In this document: in pieces, positions 52,385 to 63,060 of the stretch
Position numbering within the stretch: the stretch's first letter is position 1
Layout: every line of letters starts with the position of its first letter
Origin: Planctomycetales bacterium
Lineage (GTDB): Bacteria; 4484-113
Direction: 5' to 3'
NCBI GenBank assembly: GCA_037441675.1
Contig: JBBIRS010000004.1
Location: 30,607-94,606 of the forward strand
DNA: 64,000 bases
Notes under the pieces: model-generated
What the model saw: the letters and a program-made list of their open reading frames with translations, nothing else
Database searches by the model: none
Told to the model about the DNA's origin: nothing
Made by a program: the position numbers and the translations under genes

Positions 52385-53250
52385 TGCAGACCGAGATTCA
52401 ACCTTATTCTTCCCGTTGTCCTAACTGCAAGAGATACGTCGAAGTTATGGCGGGTGTTTGTCCTGAATGCGGTTTCCCCTTTTACGGTGATATTGAAATA
52501 CAAAAAGAAACGGTCATCTCCCAAAGCGCAAATTTCATATCGCGCATTTTAGTAGTAACGGGTCTTATCGCAACTCTGATTTACTTCACGAACTATACAT
52601 ACACCTCCACCGAAGGCTTCACGAAAGAGGTTATCAGCAAACTAAACGCGGATGAATTGATAATTCCACCGATGAAAGTTGAAGGTCCAGCAGGTTTTAG
52701 ATATAGAGTTCAGCTTGCACTAACCCTTCTTGCACAGCGTGCGCCTGAATTTTATGAAAGGATAAGTGAAAACATTACAAGCATAAATTATGTCCCCGAA
52801 GAGCGAATAAATATTGAGGGAAGAAGGATTTATCTCACTGGAGTATCTGCCTACATTGACCCAGCTAGCGGAGCTACAAGAGTACGCGCAAGCGGTGCAT
52901 TCTTTTCGGGCCTCAATGAACTGTATGACCGCGATATCTTTTACCTAGCCGGAGTTCTTGTCCACGAGATGCGGCATCGGGAGCTCTATAAAAGTGGTTT
53001 AAATGTAGGAGGATTGGCGGAGGAGTTTGAAGCGGAAAGCACCGCTTACGATGCGCTTGTTCGGCTGGGCGCTCCCCGCTCTCTCACTTACTCTCTCTGG
53101 CAGTTTCTGGTGAATCCAAACCAACCGCGTTACAAGAGCTGGGAAAGGTACTACAGGCAGTATGAGAGAACTTCTGCAAAATCTCACTTCCGACTCAAAC
53201 AAGCAGGACAAGGACAGGCTTTATACGAGGTCTTATGTGCTAAATTGTGA
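52384..53250 (+). CDS. Zinc-ribbon + TM + HEXXH putative metallopeptidase
   Basis: CPNC..CPECG, a TM helix, LVHEMRH..EEFEA. Confidence 0.7.
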   Translation: MQTEIQPYSSRCPNCKRYVEVMAGVCPECGFPFYGDIEIQKETVISQSANFISRILVVTGLIATLIYFTNYTYTSTEGFTKEVISKLNADELIIPPMKVEGPAGFRYRVQLALTLLAQRAPEFYERISENITSINYVPEERINIEGRRIYLTGVSAYIDPASGATRVRASGAFFSGLNELYDRDIFYLAGVLVHEMRHRELYKSGLNVGGLAEEFEAESTAYDALVRLGAPRSLTYSLWQFLVNPNQPRYKSWERYYRQYERTSAKSHFRLKQAGQGQALYEVLCAKL

Positions 53251-53372
53251 AGATCACGTTCGCCTTTTTTACCGAAACGACCTAAAATTTTATCTAAGTA
53301 CTTGGTGTCCCCAGCCTCATATCTTCTAAATACAGCATATGCAACTGTGTCCGCCAGTTGAAGAAAGAGATT
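53184..53372 (-). pseudogene. C-terminal remnant of a DUF3800-like gene
   Basis: LFLQLADTVAYAVFRRYEAGD..RF..CPCPACLSRK*; no N-terminal part seen. Confidence 0.55.
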
Positions 53373-53844
53373 CCCCCTAAAACAACATGCTTTTGGCTTG
53401 CGTCATTAACCTCCCCAGAATCATCAAGGCAAAGAAGATACATTTGCACTCCCTCAAAGTTGTAATTAAAAAAAAATGGAGCCGAGTGACTTATCTGTCA
53501 GCGGACCGCAAATGCAGTCCTCCCAGCCGCACTTGTATTATACCCTATCAAATTGAAATATGCAACACTATTACCGCATAAGCAGCTAATTTTAATTTTA
53601 GCCACACCAACACTATGCCAGTTATATAACTAGTTATATAAAATGAGAATTAGTATCATTTTGAACAACATAGTGAGTTTTTTGTTAAATTTATAAGCGT
53701 GGAAAAGAAAAATATAAGTTCCACACAGCCTAGACGGAGTATCAAGATCTTTTCGATTGTAATAGCCATTATTGCCATAGCACTTCACTGGCTTTCCATC
53801 GCAGTTGTTATCTTCACTAATTAAATGGGGTTTACCAATACTTT

Positions 53845-55096
53845 CCATCTACAGGTTATAAATTACAAACATCTCCTGAGACCGCTAATATCATTTCGAA
53901 TGCCCTAAAGAAGTACTTTGAGAACAATAAAGAATATCCGCCCTTCCTGCTTGGTGGTAAGGAAAAAGGTAGCCGGGGTAAGGAGGAGCGGTAATTCTTC
54001 GTGGCGACCCCGTCTTTGAAGTAATGATTGCGAGAATAATGCCAAGACGTCCGAAAAAGGTTGAACCCCGAGTTCCTGAAAAGTTGAAAATACGAGCCTC
54101 CCGGTCTCAGATTAAAACCAGGAATTGACTAAGTTATAGGCGAACTTGACCCTCTTCAAAATAGCCTGACGACCGGTGGAGAAATCGTAATCAGAGCCTC
54201 CCTGATAATGCCTTCTTTTCAAATTTTATCTGCTCACCCTGTAATTATCAAATTTGAAGCGGACAAAAAGCCGATTGGCGTGAGAATTATAAAGATGAAA
54301 GACAGATTCCTAATCAAATCTAATCCCGTTTTAGGTAACGAAGATAGATACTATTACGTCACATTGGCAATTTCCAACAAGCGTGAATACGGGACAAGGA
54401 GGTACGTGAAGAGCTGGGGATTTCAAGTCTTGCGTGATGCAACTTTAGAAGAAATAGAGAGTAGCAGAGATGCGGCACTCAATTCTACTGAACTCCAAAG
54501 GGATAGAGACTTCATAGAGCAAATCCGTGAGAATGAGGAAGTATTACAGATTGCTGAAGAATTGGCGATTGAGAAACAACTTGAAAAGGAAAAGAAATAC
54601 AAAGAAGCTTTGGAGCAATACAAAAAAGACCTGCAGGAGTATCCTAAGAGATTAGCTGAAGCAGAAAAAAACTACCAGAGTGATCTTGAATACTTTAGGA
54701 AGGTAATAGATGATTGGAGGAAGTTAAAAGAGGTGCGCTTTTTAACTCTTCCGGGCGGTAGCAGTAAAAAAACGGATGGTTTTGGCTTCCCTAATAGAAC
54801 TATGCCTCGTGAAGTCAAGAAACTTCTTAGCATATTAGCCACAATCCATTCATGAGGCAGGCAATATCCAAGGCAACTTCGGTTATGTGCGGAGAGAACA
54901 CATGGGGGAGAATAAAACAACCGCGTTTCTAGGGATATATGGAAAGCATCAACATTTGGGGCCTCTTTACTGGCTAGATATCTTGAACGCGGAGACTGGG
55001 CAACTCACGCCTGATGGAATTTTAGACGGCATCGTGCCTCTATACAAGCTCAAGGACGGCAAGGTCGTAGAGAAAGTAAGCGCGAAGGACTTGTGA
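53845..55096 (+). pseudogene. Decayed pseudopilin-like protein, copy 2
   Basis: IISNALKKYFENNKEYPPFLLGG, coiled-coil ORF 54208-54855, C-terminus WLDILNAETGQLTPDGILDGIVPLYKLKDGKVVE; several stops and frameshifts. Confidence 0.5.
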
Positions 55097-55159
55097 ATGA
55101 TTTAATTGATTGAAAAGTGGTTGAGGTGATGATAACCCAAAATATGCGAACGAATACGA

Positions 55160-56251
55160 TTATTGAAGCAGATGTGTATTTCCGAGGCGGACGTTTTTTA
55201 AGCCTGCCTCACGAGCAACTTTAAGAGCTTCCTCCGCCTGCCTTCGAGAAGTGGTCGGCAGATCGTTCATATAAAACTCTGGGTGAAAGGCGAGAAGAGC
55301 GTAGGGAATTTCTGGGTCTAGTTTGGCGATATAGTTTGCAATTTGCGCTACTTCAAAATTATCAACGTAACCAGGCACAAGAAGCGTGCTAGCAATCAAT
55401 AACGGCGGACTTTGCCTCCTTGATGTGTAACCTGCGGAAAACGCGAAGTTCTCTAAGGTTTGTAAATTATGCGCACCCGTTAGCGCAAAGTGAATTCCAG
55501 GGCTAAAAGCCTTAATGTCAAATTTGATTATTCCACCTGTTTCAAGGGAAAGCTCAATAGCCTGCTTCAAGAATTTTCTATGCATACTTCCGTTTGTTTC
55601 CCAGCAGATGCGAACGCCACGATTTGCAAGTAATCTCGCCGTTGAGAGGGCATGAGGCATTTGGCTTGACGGGTCTCCACCGAAAAAGCAGACGCAGAAG
55701 GTTTTCTCGTTGGTGATATTTGCCAGCCCATCCGCGGAAACCAAGTCTCTCGTGAAACTTGAATTTTTCCCATGGACACCTTTGCCTAGTTCTGCTGTCA
55801 AATCACGATATTGCCAGTTCTGGCAGAATAGACAGTTGAATGTACAAGAACCGTAGAATACTGCGAGATTGTGATAGCCAAACATTTTTGAGCCGTCACA
55901 AACCCAGTCCGCAACACAGTTTGTTGGCAGAGGGTCACGATACCATTGGAGAAGACCCTTCTCAGCAGTGCCGGCAAGGTGAAGAAGTAAGCCATCCGTA
56001 ACTATCCTTAATCTGCAATATCCTTGTTCACCCTCCACTATTTAGCAGTTCCGCTCACACCAGCCACAGAGTTTGCCCTTTTCACTTTTCGGAGGAACTT
56101 CTGGAAGGTAAAATCTTCTTCTACTCTCCTTGTGAACTATAAAGACCTTATCCTTAACTTCCTCCCAACGGTTTCGCGGGCAATTGGCGCAAAATGGGAT
56201 ATTCGCGGATTGGAGCATCAAGCTTTGCCCACAATGATTGCATACCGCCAT
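55160..56251 (-). pseudogene. Radical SAM protein (PFL-activase-like) with an in-frame TAA
   Basis: CGWCERNC*IVEGEQGYC (TAA 56044-56042), DPLPTNCV, CTFNCLFCQNW, FFGGDP, WETNG. Confidence 0.85.
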
Positions 56252-56362
56252 TGATGTTCTATTTTAACTCTGAGGAGGAATAATTAAACTATCGCAATTG
56301 ACATCAGATTAACATTTATTCAGACCATGAGTTATATGATGGAGTGAACGAGTAGCAAAGCG

Positions 56363-56795
56363 ATGAGGGAATTTTTTTCCGAAGAGGATAGAAAGCGGAT
56401 AGCGTCCGCCATAGCCCAAGTTGAAAGCAGAACTTCTAGCGAAATACGCATGCACATAGTTCGCAATGATGGGAAGAATCCATTTTCGGAAGGCACAGAC
56501 CGTCTTCCGAGCCCACCGCCTCCGCAAGACGAAACTTAGAAACGGAGTTCTAATAATGATTGGAGTTGATGACCGCAAGTTTGTAGTTCTTGGAGATGCG
56601 GACATTGATGCTAAAGTCACTGAAGGTTTCTGGGGAAACCTGCTGGATGTAATGTAGGAAAAATTCCGCGCGGGGAATTTCAATGAATGAATTATTGGAG
56701 GAGTGAAAATTGCTGGCGAGCAGTTGACAAAGTACTTCCCCCATCAACACAGAGATGTAAACGAGCTTCCAATTTCAGTTACATTTGAGGTGTAG
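56363..56795 (+). pseudogene. TPM-domain protein, disrupted
   Basis: IAQVESRTSSEIR..RNGVLI..FVVLGD..YFP..NELP; one frameshift plus TAG and TGA. Confidence 0.8.
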
Positions 56796-56806
56796 CGCAA
56801 ACGAAG

Positions 56807-57577
56807 ATGAGTTAGAAAAGTCTCGTTGCGGTTGTAATTTTTCCTTTTACACTTGCGTTTAGCTTCATACTCAGCTTCTCAAACATTTCCTACAGAGAAT
56901 ACCCAAAGCCTACTCAAGAGTTATACGTGAACGACTTTGCAGACATAATTTATGAAGAAGGATAGAGTAAGTTACTTGCTGAGTTAAAGAATTTTGAGAA
57001 AACCACAGGAATACAGCTAACCGTAGTTACCATCAACTCCAGAAATGATTACGGGAGAGATGACGATACGATTGAGGAATTTGCGAGAAATTTAACTGAT
57101 ACTTGGGGCGTTGGGAGAATGCCACAGAACAACGGAGCGATGATTCTTGTAGCGGTTAAAGACAGAAAAATGCGCATTGAATTGGGCAAGTTTTATGGTC
57201 ATCGCAAATACAAGTTAATGCAGAGAATCGTTGATAAAGTAATGGTTCCAAATTTCAAGAAGGGGCTCTACACCGCTCACTTACTAAAAGGCGTTAAGGA
57301 AGTTGAAAAGGCGCTAACCTCACCACTTTACGTCTTTATTACTTAGTTGCTTGAGCATTGGCTATGGATACTTATGGGTGTCTTAATCCTTTATTCCATA
57401 TTTGAATCTTACAGAAGGAGAAGATACGCAAAGGACTTCTATCTAGAGCACGGATACTATCCCTATTGGTCTACGGATAGATATTCAGAGGGAAAAAGCA
57501 ATAGTTGGTTCAATTTTGGCGGAGAAGGTTTTGGCGGTGGAAGTAGCGGTGGTAGTGGTGCTAGCGGAAGTTGGTGA
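56807..57577 (+). pseudogene. TPM-domain (YgcG-like) protein, disrupted
   Basis: YVNDFADII..QLTVVTI..WGVG..NNG..DRKMRIELG..FGGGSSGGSGASGSW; several TAG stops. Confidence 0.85.
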
Positions 57578-58152
57578 TTCATTGTCTTCACCAGCCTTCG
57601 CATCTGCTTTGACTTTAGGAAATACCTTGCAGAAGCTAGGCTTTGATAGTAGGAACTAATTTTCTTGAGGCAGGATGTAGTAACATTAACAAGCACTTCA
57701 AATTCACTCCATGCGGAATTAGCGCTCTTGACTTATAGCCATGAGTTTCTATGTTTACAACTATACTTCATTTTTAGCAAAAGTAGCCACATCAAGAACG
57801 ATTCCTCTACGAACGGTTTCTTAAAACGATACTTCGCACGCTCTTTGCACAAGGATTTGACTAGCTCTCCACTAACTTTCTTTCACCTAAATATCTCATC
57901 GTCGCTACTTATCTGCTGATATCTATGATCCGCGTCCAAAATCAAAATGATGCCCCATAATAAAGCCCACAATTTTAGCTCTACAAAAAGGGGCAGAGCC
58001 GAGTAAATTTTTAACCTATCAAGAGAAGTTCTTTTTACACCACGATATTAACAGACGTTCTAAATTCCAACTAAAATTTTTAATACCTAAATTATTGGAG
58101 CTACCAAGCCTTCGTGCGAGAAGAACGATTTTTAATAGAACATAACTAAGCC

Positions 58153-59052
58153 TTATGTTACTACCTTTGCCAGTGCGGTGGAGAGGAGATTCGCTTCCGC
58201 TGGTGCCGAGCGAGAAACAAGGAGAATTGGCGCAATTCCACCAACTACGATGCCTAGCATAAAAGTTCCAGTGTAATATAGAACCATTTTGACAGCGATG
58301 TTGCAGGATTCAATATTAGGACAAACTATAATATCCACATCTCCTGCAATCGGGGTTTTTATTCCTTTTGCTTTTGCTGAGTCCGCATCTAGCCCAACAT
58401 CCACGCCAAAGGGCCCATCTATAATCGCATCTTGCCATCTTCCCGCCTGATGCTCCTGAACTATTTCTCGCGAATACGCAATAGCTGGAATATCTTGACC
58501 TGTGTCTTCCATTCCTGCGGCTAGAATCACTTTAGGTCTTTCAATACCAATGCGATGAGCAAGCCAAATGGCGTTTTCCAAAATTTTCTTCTTCGCATCC
58601 AAATCCGGAAGGACGTTTAACCCGCCATCAGTGACCATGAGCAACTTGCTTCCACTTAGAGCCTTCCCATTCTCAATAATGGCAATGTGAGACAAAAAGC
58701 AGTCTCCCCTGCCTGCTTCCTGAGTGACATGAATGGCGGAGTGTAGTATTTCGCTACTCTTGACGTTACCCTTAAGGGCAAACTGCGCTCGCCCTTCTAG
58801 GCATAGCCTTACCGCATCAACCGAGGGCGAATTAGAAGGAAAAATCTCAGCATCTTTCGGCTTGACCCTCGCCACCTCAAGTTCTGCTTTAATCCTAGCC
58901 TCATCTCCCACAAGTATGGAACGTGCAATTCCTTCAGACTCAAGAAGCGCGGATATCTCAATCGCATGCTCACCTTCACCTCCAGCAATGGCGACTACCG
59001 AAGGCTCTTCAGCCTTCGCAAGCTCAAGTAACTGTGAAAAACTTCTTATCAT
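58153..59052 (-). CDS. ptb: Phosphate acyltransferase (phosphate butyryltransferase family)
   Basis: LKG..S, TDGGLN..PDL, IDGPF..D, KGI..AGDVDI..PNIE, SRS; adjacent to buk. Confidence 0.88.
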   Translation of the reverse strand: MIRSFSQLLELAKAEEPSVVAIAGGEGEHAIEISALLESEGIARSILVGDEARIKAELEVARVKPKDAEIFPSNSPSVDAVRLCLEGRAQFALKGNVKSSEILHSAIHVTQEAGRGDCFLSHIAIIENGKALSGSKLLMVTDGGLNVLPDLDAKKKILENAIWLAHRIGIERPKVILAAGMEDTGQDIPAIAYSREIVQEHQAGRWQDAIIDGPFGVDVGLDADSAKAKGIKTPIAGDVDIIVCPNIESCNIAVKMVLYYTGTFMLGIVVGGIAPILLVSRSAPAEANLLSTALAKVVT

Positions 59053-59114
59053 CCGCTCATACCTTTCTCAATGATAAGCTTAATGGGGTTTGAGTAATTG
59101 TTAGCAATTTGTTC

Positions 59115-60212
59115 CTACTTTTCCCGTGAAGCCGATTGACCGAGATAGTCCCTAATCTTTTCTTCACCGAGCAGAGCGCTGTAAGCGGAATCTCTTAGGG
59201 CGTGCATTTCATTTTCACCAGGATAAACAAATACTTTCGGAAAAGCCCAGGAAACATACTTTTTAATCTCAGAAACAAGACGTCTAGAATTTGCCAACCC
59301 ACCTGTGATTATAAGTACCATTTGCGTCCCTTTCAATGGGGCGCTATATGCGCAGATATTTTTCGCTATCTGATACACCATCGCATCAAAGATAAGCCTT
59401 GCATCTTTGTCTCCCTTATCAATTCTCTCCTCGACCTCTTCGAAATCTGTTGTTCCAAGGTAACCGACAATACCGCTTTTTTTGCTTAGGCGATACTCAA
59501 GCTCCTTCCTATCCTCATACTTGTAAGCCAGCTCTAAGACAGCCTTCAAGGGTAACGTTCCAGCACGTTCAATGGAGAAAGGCCCTTCACCTAAAAGGCC
59601 ATCAGCATTATCAATGAGCTTACCATTCTTCACCGTGAGGATGGAGAAACCTGACCCTAGATGCGCACAAACCGCATTTAGATTATTCAAAGAGAATCCC
59701 AATTTCTTAGCAGACGCTCTAGAAACAGCACGTACATTGAGAGTGTGTTGTCGACTCAACCTCTCAATTCCAGGATACCCGCTAATTCGCGCAAGTGGCG
59801 TGAATTCATCAACCGTTACCGGATCCGCTATTAGAGCGGGAACTTGCGTGCCTCTGACAAGCTCGTAGGCTATGAGCGCGGATAGATTGCTAGAATGCTC
59901 ACCGTACCTTGCCATCCTCAAGTCCGCACACATTCGCTCGTTTATCCTGTAGATACCAGCTGGTATCGGCGCCAATAGCCCCCCACGAGCCATCACGCAT
60001 GCGGAATCTTCCACTGTAAATCCTAGCTGATTAAAAAATCTCTTTACCTGCTCTAGCCTAGAAGGAAGCTCATCTATCACCTTCTTAAATCTAGCAGCAG
60101 GGCTATATTTGAGATTTGTTTCACTAATAACATCCTTTCCTAAGTAAATACCAAGCTTGGTGCTTGTCCCGCCCGTGTTAATAACCAGGACTTTCCCAAG
60201 CGTCTTCGCCAT
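59115..60212 (-). CDS. buk: Butyrate kinase
   Basis: LVINTGGTSTK, RGGLL, HSSNL, DPVTVDE, HLGSG, GPFSIERAG, PGENEM; frame open up to 60428. Confidence 0.93.
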   Translation of the reverse strand: MAKTLGKVLVINTGGTSTKLGIYLGKDVISETNLKYSPAARFKKVIDELPSRLEQVKRFFNQLGFTVEDSACVMARGGLLAPIPAGIYRINERMCADLRMARYGEHSSNLSALIAYELVRGTQVPALIADPVTVDEFTPLARISGYPGIERLSRQHTLNVRAVSRASAKKLGFSLNNLNAVCAHLGSGFSILTVKNGKLIDNADGLLGEGPFSIERAGTLPLKAVLELAYKYEDRKELEYRLSKKSGIVGYLGTTDFEEVEERIDKGDKDARLIFDAMVYQIAKNICAYSAPLKGTQMVLIITGGLANSRRLVSEIKKYVSWAFPKVFVYPGENEMHALRDSAYSALLGEEKIRDYLGQSASREK

Positions 60213-60382
60213 CCTGTCAAAGTGGTTCGCTTTTGCTTTTCTCTTCCTCCCCCTAAGTTTTGACACAGAGTTATTCAGTACCGATGCGCCTCGACGAAAC
60301 AACTCTCTTCGGTCGTAAGTTTGGTCGTAAAGCCAAGGACTTTGTCTTACGCTTTTTGGTTTTCTAGGCATACCGCTTTCAC

Positions 60383-60400
60383 TTGTAAAATATATCACAT
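60383..60400. promoter_or_regulatory. Rex/CRP-like operator upstream of buk-ptb
   Basis: TTGTAAAATATATCACAT; 3 mismatches. Confidence 0.4.
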
Positions 60401-60572
60401 ATTGTTCACGCTTGCTAACTTGCATCAATTGGAAGCAGATAGGGCAGTTGCAGTTATTGTAGATTAAAAGATTGAAGTTGAGTTATGTTGCCACTACTTC
60501 TAAGTATGTTTTGAGGCGGGAGAAATTTTTTGTTATAAAAAAAGTATTAAATTGATCTTATCCTGCGCATAA

Positions 60573-61001
60573 TTACTCCAGATAGAGGCCATATAGCTTA
60601 GTATCATCATCTAGTTGTCTAAACATTCTAACATCAGCATCTACCGCAAGAATCAAAACTTCGCAGGTAACATCCACCATCGCGGAAACTAGATGCCCGC
60701 CAAACACGGTGTAATCTTCATTGCCAAAGGTTGCATGCAGATGGAAAAATGGCTGTCCTTCCTTTTCAGATAGATTACCCGATAGGTTAAGTAGTTCTCC
60801 ACCTTCAGGAAAATCTTTTTCTGCGTACTTCCCCTCACCAATGAAGTAGCCAAGTCTAACTTGCGCTAGATGACCAATTCCGGATATAACAATGCCTTGC
60901 GAGACACTGTTACTTTTAACTGCTTCAAGAAGTGATGGAAAAAGCTCCTCACCCGGTTCAAGGCGAACTACTAATTGATTCTTGCTTCTCTTTGCAAACA
61001 T
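60573..61001 (-). CDS. PPC/DUF296-domain protein
   Basis: VRLEPGEEL, SGIG, ELLNLSGN, HLH, GGHL. Confidence 0.92.
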   Translation of the reverse strand: MFAKRSKNQLVVRLEPGEELFPSLLEAVKSNSVSQGIVISGIGHLAQVRLGYFIGEGKYAEKDFPEGGELLNLSGNLSEKEGQPFFHLHATFGNEDYTVFGGHLVSAMVDVTCEVLILAVDADVRMFRQLDDDTKLYGLYLE

Positions 61002-61131
61002 AATCGCTTTTCAAATTAAAGAGATAGTATATCACCCTTTCAGAAGTAGCTTCACAACATTCAAGAGAGCTAGTCCGAAAACACTCTCCACAGATGAAAT
61101 CACAAGTGTGCAGAATGAAAGAATTTTAGCA

Positions 61132-62676
61132 CTACAATTCAACTCGCGGAAAGAGTGGAACAGGCTCACCCAGTTGTGTTCCTGGGGGGATACCCATTCC
61201 AAGTGTCTCAAACCCTTCGGCGAATACATCACCATCTAGCCCAAGCTGTTCATACATCTTCTGCGAGGATTGTGGTATCACAGGGCATAGTAAAATAGCT
61301 ATATCACGCAGAATATCCAGGACGATTTTGATTGAAGTTGAAATTTCCTCTACTCGCTCCGGCTTATCTTTTATCTCCCACGGTTTCTTCGTATCAATAA
61401 ACTTGTTGCACTCTCTAATCAAGGTGAAAATTTCTTCAAGGGCGCGGGAAAGTTCCATAGCTTCGTAAAGCTCAAGGGCTTTTTCACGAACTTTCTCAGC
61501 CAATTTTAAGAGTCTCGTATCCTCAACGTCGGGCTCTGAACGCATGGGCGGAACCCTATGCTCCATATATCTAATCGCTAGGGGCAAAACTCTGTTCAAC
61601 AGATTTCCGAGATCGTTTCCAAGGTCAAAATTATAGCGGTTTACGACTGCTTCTATGCTAATCGTTCCATCCTGACCAAGCGGGACTTCACGAGCGTAAA
61701 AGTATCTTAGTCCATCCACCCCAATCTTATCCATCACTTCCTCGGGCGATATCGCAACACCTTTGCTCTTACTCATCTTCTCACCGCCAATTAACCAATA
61801 GCCATGAACCATCATTTGCTCTACCGGTGGAAGCCCGTAGGCAAAAAGCATTGCGGGAAAAACAATCGCGTGAAACCAGGGAATATCTTTAGCCATTAGA
61901 TTCAGTTGCGCCGGCCAGTAGTGTTCCGATAAAGTATCAAATCTGTAACCGGAGCCGGTGAGATAAGCAAGTAACGCATCCACCCAGACGTAAAAGACGT
62001 GTTGATTGTCCCAAGGAAGTGGTATTCCCCAATCTAAAGTACTTCTGCTAATGCAAATGTCCTGTAATCCCTCATTTAAGCGCGCTAACATTTCGTTCCT
62101 GCGAAAATCAGGCACTACAAATCGTGGATTTTCCTCAAAGTACTTCCGAAGTCTATCCTCGTAGGCGGATAATTTGAAGAAATATGCATCCTCTTCTACA
62201 AACTGGCATTTCCTGCTACATTTGGGACAGAACTCACCTTCCGCAAGCTCAGATTGCTTGTAAAAGGTCTCGCAGGGCATACAGTAATACCCTGAGTACT
62301 TACCCTTGTAAATGTCACCCTTCTCGTAAATTCTCGCGAAGAAATGCTGAACTAAACTCACGTGGGCAGGATCGGTTGTGCGAACAAAAACATAATCACT
62401 TATATACAACCTTTTCCAAGTTGACTTGAATTCCTCAACCATTTTTGCGCAGAACTCTTGAGGCGAAAGCCCGGCAGAGCGGGCAGATTCAAGGGTCTTT
62501 TGGCTGTTCTCATCTGAGCCTGTGACAAAAAGAACATCCTCTCCCTTCATTCTGTGAAAGCGCGCTAGAATATCTGCAATAACAGTTGTATAACAGGTGC
62601 CAAGGTGAGGACGCGCGTTTATGTAGTATATCGGCGTCGTCACGTAGAATTTCTTTGCCGTTCCTTTTTTATTCAT
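61132..62676 (-). CDS. metG: Methionine--tRNA ligase
   Basis: FYVTTPIYYIN..HLG, YVWVDAL, KDIPWFH, KMSKS; no C-terminal tRNA-binding domain. Confidence 0.97.
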   Translation of the reverse strand: MNKKGTAKKFYVTTPIYYINARPHLGTCYTTVIADILARFHRMKGEDVLFVTGSDENSQKTLESARSAGLSPQEFCAKMVEEFKSTWKRLYISDYVFVRTTDPAHVSLVQHFFARIYEKGDIYKGKYSGYYCMPCETFYKQSELAEGEFCPKCSRKCQFVEEDAYFFKLSAYEDRLRKYFEENPRFVVPDFRRNEMLARLNEGLQDICISRSTLDWGIPLPWDNQHVFYVWVDALLAYLTGSGYRFDTLSEHYWPAQLNLMAKDIPWFHAIVFPAMLFAYGLPPVEQMMVHGYWLIGGEKMSKSKGVAISPEEVMDKIGVDGLRYFYAREVPLGQDGTISIEAVVNRYNFDLGNDLGNLLNRVLPLAIRYMEHRVPPMRSEPDVEDTRLLKLAEKVREKALELYEAMELSRALEEIFTLIRECNKFIDTKKPWEIKDKPERVEEISTSIKIVLDILRDIAILLCPVIPQSSQKMYEQLGLDGDVFAEGFETLGMGIPPGTQLGEPVPLFPRVEL

Positions 62677-62993
62677 ACGAAGTCTTAAAATATACACTCA
62701 TAATCAAAATTAATCAAAATGATTGAGTAATCTATGAATACGCGATAAAACTCTCAGGATACTTATCCCCAAAAGATACAATCGGGTCGATAATAAATTT
62801 AATTCTTTAGACGATACAGGTGAGTTATAAAGACTTATGGCAAGGCTTATGCGAAAGTAAGTATGAGCTAGTTGATTGATTTCACAAAATGCGCCTGCCA
62901 ATGTGTAAAAAAGGTTGAAATACATCAAATTTTACTTGCAATACTAAAGAATTCGCCTTGACAAAGGCATACAGCAACAAGAATACTTATAAG

Positions 62994-63038
62994 TAGACAC
63001 GTTAGCAATAGTATTGTATAATGTGAAAGTATTCACAA
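62994..63038 (+). promoter_or_regulatory. Citrate synthase promoter with overlapping Rex/CRP-like operator
   Basis: TAGACA-N17-TATAAT (62994-63022); ATGTGAAAGTATTCACAA (63021-63038), 1 mismatch to consensus. Confidence 0.6.
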
Positions 63039-63060
63039 TTTAGGGGAAAGGAGAACAAAG

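Noticed and set aside
56042..56044. Internal stop in the radical SAM gene as a recoding site
   Set aside because: It is TAA, follows an intact Cys rather than replacing one, and neighbouring genes are pseudogenes
40787..57577. Alternative genetic code or pyrrolysine explaining the internal stops
   Set aside because: TAA, TAG and TGA all occur internally alongside frameshifts, and intact genes terminate with all three
57580..57990. Possible minus-strand gene remnant
   Set aside because: Stop-ridden with no identifiable family
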